The notes: generated from the letters alone by a model not told the origin. A stretch of DNA of 64,000 nt from an uncultured Gammaproteobacteria bacterium (GCA_963797555.1 CAWCPV010000016.1:96001-160000), one strand, 5' to 3'. Shown: positions 43,415-54,600, counted from the stretch's first letter. Numbers and translations are program-made.

Positions 43415-43989
43415 TCAGCGTTTCCTGGCGGCCCGCTGCACCGCAACCCCGCGGTGGCGAGTTCTGCCGTTCAGGCACACGACACAACGGTCGGGGATTG
43501 GCCGGAAGCGGTCATCGGGGGCTCTGCGTCGCGCCGCAGACGAGTGTAACACCCGGCGGGACGGCACGTGATCCACCCTCAGGGCAACATCACGTCGACC
43601 CGGTCGTATAGCGGCCCGATGGCTCCACGGCGGTGATCTGGTAGCGCCGCGGGGACCTGGAACGTGAGCCGCAGGGGCTCGGTCGGCCCGGCGCCGCCCA
43701 ACGAAGTGCGGAGGGCGAAGCCACCATCGGTGCGGTCGGCGGAAATCTGCTGGCCGCTCGGGACCGAGCCCCGCCGCCTGGACGGTCCCCTGTGCCACGA
43801 TCGGCGAACCGCATGGGTACCGAACGGCCGGTGCCGCCGACGCTGCCCGACCAGGCCCTCCGGGGCACCGAAGGGTCACTGACCCGCGTCTGGTCGATCA
43901 CCGGCCGGCAGGTACCTCCCGGCTGCGGCCCGGGAGCCGGCGGCGCCCGCCGCCGTCGCGGGACGCCGCAGTGTGGACCCAACTCCGGC

Positions 43990-44199
43990 GCGCGAAGCAT
44001 CCGCATCCGAAGCTCCAAGCAGCGCTCCGGGCAATCGCTGATCGCAGTCAAGCGTCACGGATGGTGGTATTCCATCGACGCCACGGATACGGTGAACAAG
44101 CTGGCGTTCCGCCTCCTCGAGACCCTCATATCGGTGCCGATGGCCGAAGCCGTGGAGCGGAAGGCGACACCCGTCCTGACCGTCCCGCTGTCGCGGTAG
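43990..44199 (+). pseudogene. C-terminal fragment paralogous to the 39136-40227 lipoprotein
   Basis: IAVKRHGWWYSID..PVLTVP resembles VAVRYNGHWFWID..PVITVP. Confidence 0.55.
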
Positions 44200-44532
44200 T
44201 GCGATTGACCGGTTTCGCAGGCGCCTGGCAGACGTCAGCGGCTGGCACTTCCCAGGCCCGCGTCAGCCGGGTCTGAGCGGTGAGATGGACGTGTTCGATC
44301 GGAACACCAGCGGCACCGCCCACTTCTTTCCGCTGTCGGCCTTCCAGTTGACCGTCGATTGGCGCTCAGCGTCTTCCACGCCTTGTCGCACGATCGGGGC
44401 GGGGTCGGCACCTGTACATCGACCATCTGCACGGCGGCGAACTTCTCCGGCACGCTGCGCGTGGTCAATCCGGGCGCCAGCGCGTGCAAACCTCGGCCGA
44501 GTCGGCGTGTATGCATGCGCGAGCGACTACAA

Positions 44533-45477
44533 ATGCTGATCGTGGGTGGGCGCCCTGAATCGGCGTTTGCGCGCGCCCGCCGAGTGCTCATCGGCTTGGG
44601 CTTGGCAGTGGGTGCAGCGAGCGCTGCCGCGCAGGATCTCGAGCCAAGGCAATACTCGAACACACCGATCGGCCTCAACTTCCTGCTCGGGGGTTACACC
44701 TACACGGAAGGCGGCGTGGCCGTCGATCCGACGGTGCCCCTGACGAACGCTCACGTCGAGGTGAACGGCGCGACGCTCGCCTACGCGCGCTCGCTGGACA
44801 TATTGGGCAAGTCCGCCAAATTCGACGTCGTGCTGCCCTATGCCTGGCTCTCGGGCAGCGCGGAGTTTGCCGGTCAACCTCACCAACGCGAGATTTCGGG
44901 GCTGGCTGACCCGAGATTTCACTTTTCCGTCAATTTCTATGGCGCCCCGGCACTTTCGCTGAAAGACTACGCGGAATATCGACAGGACCTCATCCTCGGC
45001 GCGAGCGTGTACGTGTGGGCTCCGTGGGGCCAATATGACCCCAGCAAGCTCGTCAACCTCGGCACCAACCGCTGGGCGTTCAAGTCAGATCTCGGGCTGT
45101 CCAAGGCGTTAGGCGCATGGAGGCTGGAGCTTGTCCCGGCCGCCACCTTTTTCTCCGACAACACGAATTTTCTCGATGGCCACACCCGCACGCAGGATCC
45201 GATCTACTCGGTGCAGGGCCACGTCATTTACGGCTTCCGATCCGGCGTGTGGGTCGCGCTCGACGGCACCTACTTTATGGGCGGACGCACGAGCGTCGAT
45301 GGCGTACTCGATGACGACCGGGAGTCGAATTCGCGAGCTGGCCTGACTGTCACCCTGCCGGTAGACCGTAGCAACTCGATCAAGCTTTACGCCAGCCGTG
45401 GTGTATCGACGCGCATCGGAAGCAACTTCAATACCTTCGGCATCGCCTGGCAGTACCGTTGGGGCGGCGGGTATTGA
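44533..45477 (+). CDS. Outer-membrane beta-barrel transporter (Phenol_MetA_deg-like)
   Basis: AQDLEPRQYSNTPIG, GQYDPSKLVNLGTNRW and a terminal WQYRWG. Confidence 0.78.
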   Translation: MLIVGGRPESAFARARRVLIGLGLAVGAASAAAQDLEPRQYSNTPIGLNFLLGGYTYTEGGVAVDPTVPLTNAHVEVNGATLAYARSLDILGKSAKFDVVLPYAWLSGSAEFAGQPHQREISGLADPRFHFSVNFYGAPALSLKDYAEYRQDLILGASVYVWAPWGQYDPSKLVNLGTNRWAFKSDLGLSKALGAWRLELVPAATFFSDNTNFLDGHTRTQDPIYSVQGHVIYGFRSGVWVALDGTYFMGGRTSVDGVLDDDRESNSRAGLTVTLPVDRSNSIKLYASRGVSTRIGSNFNTFGIAWQYRWGGGY

Positions 45478-45709
45478 CTCCGGGACTCCATGACCAAGTT
45501 TGGGTCTAAAAGACCCGCGGTGGACGCGGATTCGATGACGAGAGAAAATTTGAGATGAAACGCGCGGCAATGGATTCGGGTCCCTGTGACTGTCTCCTGC
45601 CATGTCGATCATTCGACGTGCGCCGCCGCGCGAGGACCATGAGAACCACGCGGGGCGCTCGCCTGAATCTTGCTGAAGCCCGGAGAATTGTGAAGGTTGC
45701 CCCCACCCC

Positions 45710-45808
45710 AACCCGTCATGGCGCGATTCGCCGCCCCGAAGCATGAAAACGGTTGCCGCGCCAAGACGGGTTCCCTCACCCTGCCTCTCCCGCAAGCGGG
45801 AGAGGGGA
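45710..45808. repeat. Hairpin repeat element, copy 2
   Basis: AACCCGTCATGGCGCG...CGCGCCAAGACGGGTT stem plus CCTCTCCCGCAAGCGGGAGAGG hairpin. Confidence 0.65.
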
Positions 45809-46049
45809 TTTCGCGGCGCCATCGGCGCATTTTCATGTTAAAAATAGCCCCACCGAAGCGGGGCCAGCACATGAGCCTGCGGCGAAGCCCGTCACGACCG
45901 CCACGGGACCGCCCCGCGTGTCTCGATGTCGACCCGAGGCGGCCCTGTACTGGCTCGCCTGACCGTCAAGCCCGGCTGGACACCTTGCTTGCCGCGGTGC
46001 AAGGACGCCCATAAGATCAGTGAATCACGGAAACTGTGAGACTGTTGTC

Positions 46050-46313
46050 ATGAAAAACATCACCGTATCGGTAGACGATGAGACCTATCGCGGTCCCCGG
46101 ATCAAGGCCGCCGAGGCCGGTACCTCGGTGTCCGCGCTGGTGAAATCGTTCCTGATGCAGCTGGCCCAGGGGCAGGCGCTGGAAACGGAATTCGACCGCC
46201 TCAAACGGTTACAGATGCAGACACTGAACCGCATCCGCGCGCGGGCCGCCGGGTTGCGCACCGCTGACAACCTCTCGCGCGACGCACTGCACGACCGCGA
46301 TGCGCTTCGTTGA
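46050..46313 (+). CDS. RHH-type antitoxin
   Basis: MKNITVSVDDETY, TSVSALVK and LSRDALHDR. Overlaps the PIN gene. Confidence 0.78.
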   Translation: MKNITVSVDDETYRGPRIKAAEAGTSVSALVKSFLMQLAQGQALETEFDRLKRLQMQTLNRIRARAAGLRTADNLSRDALHDRDALR

Positions 46314-46707
46314 CACCAACGTCCTCATCTACGCCGTCAGCACTGCCGCCGAAGAGGCCGACAAGACCCGCCGCGCCCTGGCGCTACTGGACCAACGCGA
46401 CCTCGCCCTATCCGTGCAGGTCTTGCAGGAGTTCTACGTACAGGCGACCCGTGCCGCTCGGCCCGGCGCGCTCACCCACCGAGTGGCGGTCGACTTCGTC
46501 ACCGCCCTGCAGCGCTTCCGCGTGCAGGACACCACGCTGGCCGTGGTGCAGTCGGCGTTTGCCGTCCGAGAGCGGTTCGGCCTGTCTACAGGGACAGCGC
46601 CATTTTCGCCGCCGCCCGGGCCTGTGGCTGCGAAATCCTCTACTCCGAAGACCTGAATGCCGCGCAGGATTACGACGGGTCTGCGCGTCGTCAACCCGTT
46701 CGCCTGA
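46300..46707 (+). CDS. PIN domain (VapC) toxin, frameshifted
   Basis: FVDTNVLIYA, SVQVLQEF, then LYSEDL and VVNPF in other frames. Confidence 0.8.
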
Positions 46708-46790
46708 CCCCAGGGGCGACCGCGACCCCCTGCTCGCACAAACGAAGGGTTTCAGGATGGTGCGCAAGTAGCGCATAAGCTACTTGCGCC

Positions 46791-46982
46791 ATGGTAGAAC
46801 TTCTTCGCTATCAGCGCGAAGACGGACACGAACCCTTTACGGAATGGCTGGGCGCGGTGCCCGACAAAGCGGCCCTGGCGCGCATCCAGCGTCGCTTGTG
46901 CCAAGTCGCAGGCAGGGAACTTAGGCGATTGTGCCCCGGTCGGTGAAGGCGTGATCGAACTGCGTGAGCCATCCCATGAGTG
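46791..46982 (+). pseudogene. RelE/HigB-like addiction-module killer fragment
   Basis: DGHEPFTEWL, ARIQRRL and GNLGDCAPVGEGVIELR, then truncated. Confidence 0.65.
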
Positions 46983-47012
46983 ATCGAACACTCAGTGAAG
47001 GTAATCACCAGC

Positions 47013-48038
47013 TCACATGGCCCGCAAGAACGTAACGGCTTGGCGTTCGCCTTCCTCCATCAACCGATGCAGGAAGGACGGCGACCGATCGAGTTTCGAG
47101 GCGTAATCCAGGGTCGCAGACAATTCTGGACTCATATCGATCCAGCGAACCCTAATCTTCTTGAATTTTTCCGCACCCTTTTCCGCGAAGTAACCCTCCT
47201 CTATCCATCGATTCACGACCTCGATGAAATGAAGTTCCTGGTTCATAGATAGATTGCCTGACAATTCATTCCGTCGATCCAGTATACCTTCTGTTGTTTT
47301 CGGAATCGTCCTGCGCGTTTGGGGATTGATCCGCACGATCCAGATTTCGTCAGGACGCTCCTCGACCTTGTCCACCATGAAGTCGGCGACAGGCGGGTTT
47401 TCGGAAAACAGTCCATCCCAATAAGCGGCAGGCCCAATTGCCACTGCCTTGAAGAGCGTCGGAATTGCCGCAGTCGCCAACAACATATTGGCGGAAATGT
47501 TTTCTAGGTCCGAGTCGAATGCCTTGAACGTCCCCGACAGGACATCGACCGCTCCCAAGAGTAACCGCGGACTCGTTGGCTTCTTCAATGACGGGATTTC
47601 TGGGAACGAAATGTGTTTCTCCAACAGGGCCTTGAGATCGACATATTCTTTTCGGGGAGCCAACGCTTTTGTGAGCTCGACTATCCAGTCCGCACCATAG
47701 GGGCTCGTCTCAAACGTGGGAACAATTCCCGCGTCCTGTTGGCGAACGAGATCCAGAGCCCAATTGTTCAGATAGCGTTCCCACAGCAACATCGCGGAAT
47801 TATCCTCCCAGAAATCCACGAGCCACTTCCAGGCAGGTTCTTTGCAGCCCGAGGCCACCTTCAAAAGTCCATACCACACTGCGGCTGCGCAAATACCTCC
47901 GCCGGATGTGCCGCTCAATGCGACCAGGCGATACGGGTTGGGGATGCCGCCCTCCAGTAGTCGCTTAAGGACGCCAGCCGTGAAGGCGGTATGGCTACCG
48001 CCTCCCTGGCAGGCAATGGCCAATTTTAGTTCGTTCAT
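47013..48038 (-). CDS. Patatin-like phospholipase
   Basis: CQGGGSHTAF, GTSGG (catalytic Ser) and WDG. Confidence 0.88.
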   Translation of the reverse strand: MNELKLAIACQGGGSHTAFTAGVLKRLLEGGIPNPYRLVALSGTSGGGICAAAVWYGLLKVASGCKEPAWKWLVDFWEDNSAMLLWERYLNNWALDLVRQQDAGIVPTFETSPYGADWIVELTKALAPRKEYVDLKALLEKHISFPEIPSLKKPTSPRLLLGAVDVLSGTFKAFDSDLENISANMLLATAAIPTLFKAVAIGPAAYWDGLFSENPPVADFMVDKVEERPDEIWIVRINPQTRRTIPKTTEGILDRRNELSGNLSMNQELHFIEVVNRWIEEGYFAEKGAEKFKKIRVRWIDMSPELSATLDYASKLDRSPSFLHRLMEEGERQAVTFLRAM

Positions 48039-48229
48039 GACCCATGTCTCCTTAGAGAATTGTTCCCTGAGCATCTAACGAATAGCAGTTTATCCGTTGT
48101 TCCTGAAGTTGACCCCACTGCGGGTGACCTTGGCACCGAGGGGGGAGCTGCGGCCGGACGTTACGACGTTGTTCATCACGATTTACCCTTACGGCTCAAG
48201 AGCGGCGCCCTGTACCGCGCGCCCCGAGG

Positions 48230-48470
48230 TCACCCGTTTTTCCTTGTCGGGGCCACGACGAAAAGCGGCATCCTTACCCTGCTGCAGGAGTGTCGAGAGA
48301 TCCAAGAAACGCCGTAGAGCTGGATCAGCTTGGCGACCAGCCCGGTCCAGCCGGTATGGTGGCTTGCACCCAGCCCCGCTGCGTTGTCGCCATGAAATAC
48401 TCGTAGATAGAGAATGTGGTCACGCCACTGGGGATCGAACTGAAACGTCTCTGTCCCGTCGTGCACAGGC
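48230..48470 (-). pseudogene. Decayed copy of the GH63 C-terminus
   Basis: [38 protein letters not shown] matches the end of the 35019 gene. Confidence 0.75.
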
Positions 48471-49034
48471 CGCCGGAGGGATTTCCGACACCGGGTGGTG
48501 AGCGACGGACAGGATACTCCCAGCCGTACCATGTGGCTACGGTCACGCGGCGGGCGGTGCCGGCAGTGCACCGAAAATCGGTAGACACACAAACCAAGGC
48601 TTGCACTGTACGGTCGCTGCCAAGGCGATCCGGACCCGAGGGCTTTGCTGCAGGCTCTGGGCGCGGGCGTTGCTGGCACTTTGCCGACACTGCGTGTGGT
48701 TGGCGCTGCCGGCATCGGCTGGATCAAATCCACGTTCCACTCTCACTATCCTTCTCGGCGGGTCTCCGAAGGAGTCGTCGCTTCCTTTCCCGTGCGCATC
48801 TCGGGCGAGGTCGAGTCCTCGATCTCGCCGATCGCCCGAAATTCCAGCGCAGGCGGCTCGGCCGCCTTCTCCATCAGCGCGGCCAGGCGGGTGGAGTGCG
48901 CCGAGTGCGGAAGCGGAGCCGTGGAGGAGATTCATGGGCTCGGTTGCCTCTGGACTTTCGATCTGCGCTCATGACATCCTTCGTCAGGCAAAAAGGACCC
49001 TTCTCGGGAGATGTCGCGGAGGCAGGAGCACAAG

Positions 49035-49397
49035 ATGGCCTATGAGGTGCTTCGAGCAGACGGTGACTTGGTGGAAGTCAAGCTGACGGGAACCATGCTG
49101 CGGCGGGACCTGGATGAACTTCAGGCGCGAATCAAGCCTTTGATCGAACAAGGCATGCGCATCCGCCTCCTGGCAGTGCTCGAAGACTTCCTTGGCTGGG
49201 AAAAGGGTGCGGACTGGGGCGATACCACCTTCCTGTCCGAACACGGGGACGACCTGGAGAGGATGGCTATCGTGGGGGAAGCGCGTTGGCGCGACGACGC
49301 CTACGCCTTCGTCGGCAAGGGACTGAGGCGGACCGCCATCGAGTATTTTCCCCCGTCCGCCCTCGACGCGGCGCGCCAATGGCTGACCCGGCCTTAG
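49035..49397 (+). CDS. SpoIIAA-like (STAS/SEC14) protein
   Basis: IRLL, DFLGW, ERMAIVG, YF and AARQWL. Confidence 0.82.
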   Translation: MAYEVLRADGDLVEVKLTGTMLRRDLDELQARIKPLIEQGMRIRLLAVLEDFLGWEKGADWGDTTFLSEHGDDLERMAIVGEARWRDDAYAFVGKGLRRTAIEYFPPSALDAARQWLTRP

Positions 49398-49586
49398 ACC
49401 GCCGCTTCCGCGGGTGGCCTGTGTATAACCGGGGAGAGCTTCCGGCAACGGGACGCACCCTAAATTGGCCTGGCCTGTCAATTCTTACGAGAGAAGCGAA
49501 ATGCGCGCGAAGTCAGCCGCTGCTTCACGTGCGCAAGCCCCGAGACCGCGTGTCCTGCATGCGGAACTCATCGCGGAGGAAGCTTG

Positions 49587-49961
49587 ATGAACACGGCACG
49601 GATATTCGCGATCTGCGCGCTTTGGGCTGTGGTGACCGCGCCGGCCCTGGGATCCAACCTGCTCTTCCTGCAAGACGCGCCGGTCGCCTACTTCACCGAG
49701 GAAGACGACCGGATGTTTCAGGCCGCCCTGAAGGGTGCGCTGGACACAGCGAAGGACGGGGAAGCCAAATCGTGGTCCAACCCGGCCAGCGGAGCCTCGG
49801 GGACCCTGACCGTGCTGAAGACCCACAACCAGCACGCGATGACCTGCCGCACGTTGAAGATTTTCAGCACAGCAAAGAGCAGGACCGGCGAGAGCGTCTG
49901 GGACTTCTGCAAGCAGCCGGACGGCGCCTGGAAAATCGCCGGTGTCCCGCGGGCGCCGTGA
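49587..49961 (+). CDS. 17-kDa surface antigen-like secreted protein
   Basis: Signal peptide; WSNPASGASG, CR and CKQPDGAWK. Confidence 0.75.
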   Translation: MNTARIFAICALWAVVTAPALGSNLLFLQDAPVAYFTEEDDRMFQAALKGALDTAKDGEAKSWSNPASGASGTLTVLKTHNQHAMTCRTLKIFSTAKSRTGESVWDFCKQPDGAWKIAGVPRAP

Positions 49962-50333
49962 AGCACGCTCCCGCGCCGGGGACTCTGCGCTTGCACCCAA
50001 GCATCGGCCCGCTGGAGCCGGGCCCGTAACCGGAGCAGTTTTCCGCGGCATTGCGCTCGAGCACGAGTCGTTGAACCCAACCGAGCACGCGTGCTATAAG
50101 GCCCGGCAGGCGCGCGGCCCTGGAACGTGCCCGAGCGGGGTTTCGCCGGTGCGGGGGCTGCCCGGTTCCGTGCTCCGAAGCAGGCGTGCCAACTTGGCCT
50201 CGCTAGGACGGCCTCGCTGCCAGAGCCCGCGGGTCACGCGGCGATTAGCAAGGCTGGCAGATCGACGCCGGACTCCGCCCAAGTTCGCGAGGCCAATTTC
50301 ATCATGGGAACCCATAGTAAGGAGAAACTAGAG

Positions 50334-50786
50334 ATGAGACGAAAGGTACTGGGGGTCGGTTTGTCGCTCTTCATCACGGGCGCCTCCATCTTGCCCGTCG
50401 CACTGGCCGGCGAGACGAGCAGCGCCACGGAACAAGGGGTCCAGCAGAGACTGGAGCGCTCCATCGGGATGAAGGTCCTGACCGGAGCGGTGTGGGAGAA
50501 AATGAGTCAGGACGAGAAGATTTCTTTTCTTTGGGGTGCCGCTCACGTCATCGCCATCGAGCGGCAGCTCATGGCCGAGTACCCCAAGCTGCAGCGCGAC
50601 AACTTTTCCCGGAAGGTGAGCGAAGGCCTGCCCCAGGGAATCACCCTCAACGCAATCGCCGAAGACGTGGACAGTTTCTACAAGAGTCACCCCGATGAGA
50701 TTCAAGTGCCTGTGGTCGCCGTAATCTGGCGAACCCTGGTGAAGCCGAACCTCAAGACCGGCATTGCCGGAAAGCCGCTCGGGTGA
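50334..50786 (+). CDS. Hypothetical secreted protein
   Basis: AGGAG RBS, signal peptide and protein-like composition. Confidence 0.7.
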   Translation: MRRKVLGVGLSLFITGASILPVALAGETSSATEQGVQQRLERSIGMKVLTGAVWEKMSQDEKISFLWGAAHVIAIERQLMAEYPKLQRDNFSRKVSEGLPQGITLNAIAEDVDSFYKSHPDEIQVPVVAVIWRTLVKPNLKTGIAGKPLG

Positions 50787-50895
50787 ACACCTGTGCGGGC
50801 TCGGCCCAGCGCCACCGACCTCCCGCAGGGAGTCGGGCGGCCGGGAGCCGGAACAGACGCGAAGGGGAAGGACATTCAGTCACGAGGGTAATGTT

Positions 50896-51129
50896 ATGAA
50901 GCTGAGATTCCCAGTTCTCATCCTTGCGGCAAGTCTTGGCCTGCTCGGCTGCAGCGGCATGACGACCACTCAGCAGAGCACGCTGAGCGGATCCGCCATC
51001 GGCGCGGCTGCCGGGGCCGGAATTGCGGCGATCGCCGGCGGAAACGCCGCCACCGGAGCCCTGGTCGGCGCTGCAGGGGGTGCGTTGACCGGCTACCTGG
51101 TCGGTGAGAAGAAGTCAAAGAGTCAGTGA
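50896..51129 (+). CDS. Glycine-zipper lipoprotein
   Basis: Lipobox LLGC; GSAIGAAAGA and GALVGAAGGALTG. Confidence 0.8.
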   Translation: MKLRFPVLILAASLGLLGCSGMTTTQQSTLSGSAIGAAAGAGIAAIAGGNAATGALVGAAGGALTGYLVGEKKSKSQ

Positions 51130-51248
51130 TGGTCTGCGAGTATTGCGCGACGGCCCCGCTTTAACGCAAAGGCAAATCAACCGGGACGGGCCGGGCGGTG
51201 GAGCAAATCGCCCGGCCTTCTCAGTAGCGTTCGCCGACGCCGATACGC

Positions 51249-53474
51249 GTGCTGCGCTCGTTTCTTTTCCTAACCGCCCTGTCGATGGCACTCTTGGGGT
51301 CGCTGACCGTTGCGGCCCAAGCCTCGACCAGCGATCCGCCAGTAGAGCGCCCCAGAATCAGCCTCGTGCTGAGTGGAGGCGGCGCCCGCGGCGCCGCGCA
51401 CATCGGCGTCATCAAGGTCCTGCAGCAGCTCCACGTCCCCATCGACTGCATCACCGGCACCAGCATGGGGTCGATCGTGGGCGGCCTGTACGCAGCCGGA
51501 CTGACGCCGCAGGAGATGGACAAGGCCCTGACCAGCATCGACTGGGCAGACGTTTTCAATGACAGCCCGGCCCGGGAGCTCCGCTCCTTCCGGCGCAAGC
51601 GCGATGACGACACCTTCCTGATCAAGGCCAAGCCCGGCCTGAAGGACGGCAAGATCACGCTACCGAAGGGTGCCATCCAGGGCCAGAAGCTCACCATCAT
51701 CCTGAGGCAGCTCGCCTTGCCCGCCGCCAACATCCACGACTTCGACAAGCTCAAGGTCCCGTTTCGCGCGGTGGCGACCGACATCGGCACCGGAGAGCCG
51801 GTGGTGCTCTCCCACGGGGACCTGGCCCTGGCGATGCGCGCCAGCATGTCCATCCCGACCGCGTTTGCCCCCGTCGAGCTGGACGGCAAAGTGCTGGTGG
51901 ACGGCTTCGTGTCCGACAACCTGCCCATCGATGTCGCGCGCAAGCTCTGCGGCGACCACATCATCGCCGTGGACATCGCGACCCCCCTGGAGCCTGGCGA
52001 GAAGCTCGGGTCATTCCTCTCCATCCTGGGCCAGCTCACCGGCATCATGACCCAGCAGAACACGGCCCGGCAAAAGGCCACCCTGCGTCCCACCGACGTG
52101 CTCCTGGAGCCCGATCTGGGGGACTTCAGCACTACGGACTTCGACCAGGCGGCGAAGGCCATCGCCATCGGCGAAAAGACCGCCTGGGCCAAACGAGCAG
52201 AGCTCCAGAAGCTCGCCCTGCCCCCCCAGGCGTACCAGCAGCAGCTCGCCTCCGAGCCTGTGCCGAGCGGCTCCGAGCATCCGATCATCGACTTCATCCG
52301 CATCGAGAACAATTCCCGGCTGTCCAACCAAGTGCTTCGGTCGCGGCTCAGCATCCACACCGGGCAGCCCTTGAACCTCGACGAGCTGTACGAGAATCTG
52401 TCGGTCATCTACGGCCTGGGCAACTTCGAACGGGTGGACTACCGACTGGTCCAGGAGAACGGCAAGACCGGGGTCGTCATCACAGCCGTGGCGAAGAGCT
52501 GGGGTCCCGACTACCTGCAGTTCGGCCTCAATCTCCAGGCCAGCGGCCAGAACAACACCGCGTTCAGCGTCGCCGCCGGATACATCGCGTCGGAGGTCAA
52601 CTCCGCAGGCGGCGAATGGCGCGCCTTCTTGCAGCTTGGCAACGTGCTGGGGCTTTACACCGACTTCTATCAGCCCTTCGGCGCCGACTACCGATACTTC
52701 TTGGTGCCGTCCGCGTCTTACCAGAGGTACAACGCGGGGTTTGTGGAGTCCGAGCTGGGGACTAACGCGCCCTTTCGAATCAACACTACGGACCTGGGGC
52801 TAGCAGGCGGGGTCAACCTGAGGCGCTGGGGTGAATTCCGCTTGGGTCTCCGCGGTGCATGGGGCAACACGGAGACCACGAACGGCGAGCCCTCGTCGCT
52901 GACGGGTACCTTCAACAACGTCGGGTACTATACGAGGCTGTCGGCGGACACCCTGGACAACATCAACTTTCCCCGCCACGGCTGGTTCAGCCGGCTGGAA
53001 TACGACCAGTTCCTGCAGGCCCTGGGCTCCGACCAGGACTTCAGCTATGCGACCTTTGTCGCCGGCAAGCCGTGGAGTTGGGGGAAACACACAATCCTGC
53101 CCATTCTCAGCCTGAACAGCAGGCTCAGCGGTGATCTGCGGCTCCAGGACCAGTTCCTCCTCGGCGGCTTCCTCAACCTGTCCGGCTACCAGAGCCGGGC
53201 CTTGGTCGGGCCATACTCCGCCCTCGCGAGGCTCCTCTATTTCTACCGCCTCGACAACGCCTCCACAGCGTTCAGCCTCCCCATCTATGCGGGCGGCTCG
53301 CTGGAGGCCGGCAACGTCTGGGACAGCCGCAGCGCGATATCCTTCTCTTCGCTACAGAAAGCCGGGAGCCTGTTCTTCGGCGCCGACACGCCGATCGGCC
53401 CGGTCTATCTCGGCGGCGGCTACGCCCAGGGCGGCAACAAGGCATTCTATCTATTCCTCGGCAGGACCTTCTGA
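51249..53474 (+). CDS. PlpD-like patatin-POTRA-beta-barrel protein (type Vd)
   Basis: LSGGGARGAAHIG, GTSMG, VDG, a POTRA-like middle and C-terminal TPIGPVYLG..YLFLGRTF. Confidence 0.88.
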   Translation: MLRSFLFLTALSMALLGSLTVAAQASTSDPPVERPRISLVLSGGGARGAAHIGVIKVLQQLHVPIDCITGTSMGSIVGGLYAAGLTPQEMDKALTSIDWADVFNDSPARELRSFRRKRDDDTFLIKAKPGLKDGKITLPKGAIQGQKLTIILRQLALPAANIHDFDKLKVPFRAVATDIGTGEPVVLSHGDLALAMRASMSIPTAFAPVELDGKVLVDGFVSDNLPIDVARKLCGDHIIAVDIATPLEPGEKLGSFLSILGQLTGIMTQQNTARQKATLRPTDVLLEPDLGDFSTTDFDQAAKAIAIGEKTAWAKRAELQKLALPPQAYQQQLASEPVPSGSEHPIIDFIRIENNSRLSNQVLRSRLSIHTGQPLNLDELYENLSVIYGLGNFERVDYRLVQENGKTGVVITAVAKSWGPDYLQFGLNLQASGQNNTAFSVAAGYIASEVNSAGGEWRAFLQLGNVLGLYTDFYQPFGADYRYFLVPSASYQRYNAGFVESELGTNAPFRINTTDLGLAGGVNLRRWGEFRLGLRGAWGNTETTNGEPSSLTGTFNNVGYYTRLSADTLDNINFPRHGWFSRLEYDQFLQALGSDQDFSYATFVAGKPWSWGKHTILPILSLNSRLSGDLRLQDQFLLGGFLNLSGYQSRALVGPYSALARLLYFYRLDNASTAFSLPIYAGGSLEAGNVWDSRSAISFSSLQKAGSLFFGADTPIGPVYLGGGYAQGGNKAFYLFLGRTF

Positions 53475-53661
53475 GGGGCGGGCCGGTGGCGCGGAGCCCC
53501 GTCGGCCCGCGTGTCTGTGGCCCATTCAACCCGGGCCGGGTGACCAAAGTCGCTCCGATTGGCCCAGGCTGACCATTTCATTACAAGCGTCCGATGTGCC
53601 ATCCCTGCAAGTTTGCCCGCAGGGCTTGCCGGTTCACAGACACGACAGGAGGTGGTTGACG

Positions 53662-54219
53662 ATGGAAAAGCTGTTCGCAACGATGCTCGCACTGCTGCTT
53701 CCGGGCAGCACCCTAGCCGCCGAGGTCGGTGGCATCGATCTCGCCGACAAGGTCAGTGTCGGCGGCCAAGCGCTCGTGCTGAACGGTGCGGGTGTGCGCA
53801 CCAAGGCGATGTTCAAGGTCTACGTCGGCAGCCTCTACCTGCCGCATAAAGCAACCACTTTAGAGGAGGTGCTGGCCCAATCCCCGCGCCGCGTGCAGAT
53901 GAACCTGCTGCGGAACCTGTCGGCTGACCAGGTCGTCGATGCGCTCGTCGAAGGAATCGACGCCAATACGACGCCGCAAGAGCGTGCCGCAATCAAGCCG
54001 GAGGTCGACCAGCTCGTGTCGAGCATGAAGGCCTTCAAGAACGTGAAGGAGAAGGACGTGATCGCGCTCGACTTCGTGGACGCCGCCACGAAGATCACAT
54101 GGAACGGTGAGGCGAAGGGCTCCGTCGCCGGCGAGGCATTCAATCGGGCTCTGATGAAGGTCTGGCTGGGTGACAAGGCGGTCCAGGCGAACCTCAAGCG
54201 GGCAATGCTGGGGGGATAA
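53662..54219 (+). CDS. Chalcone isomerase-like secreted protein, copy 2
   Basis: Differs from copy 1 at 6 of 185 aa, in inverted orientation. Confidence 0.85.
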   Translation: MEKLFATMLALLLPGSTLAAEVGGIDLADKVSVGGQALVLNGAGVRTKAMFKVYVGSLYLPHKATTLEEVLAQSPRRVQMNLLRNLSADQVVDALVEGIDANTTPQERAAIKPEVDQLVSSMKAFKNVKEKDVIALDFVDAATKITWNGEAKGSVAGEAFNRALMKVWLGDKAVQANLKRAMLGG

Positions 54220-54600
54220 CGCCCATCGAGCCCCGGGTGCGCCTGCTTTCGGATTGCCGGTCTCCGGCCCGGATGATGGCATCCGGAGCGGATCGAGCGC
54301 CGGAAAGGCTTCTACGGCGCCTTCGCCGACTCGAACTTTCCCAAGTCCATTCCCTTCTTCGGCTCGAACTGGCGCTTCTCCTGCGGCGGCTACAGGGCAT
54401 GGTGCGTGATTCCGTCGTTACCCCCGCGCGACCGAGTCTCTGACGCGGCAGGTGGGCGCCGGTAACCTGTCCGGCGCCCGATTCCTCATCGCCCCTTTGT
54501 CAGAGAAGTGCATCTCCAGGCAACCGCCGTCCGCCAGCCGGCGTCTCCCGCGCGCGCCCTGCGCCCGAGCGCGAACCGGTCCGGGCCGCGCTGTATCCGC

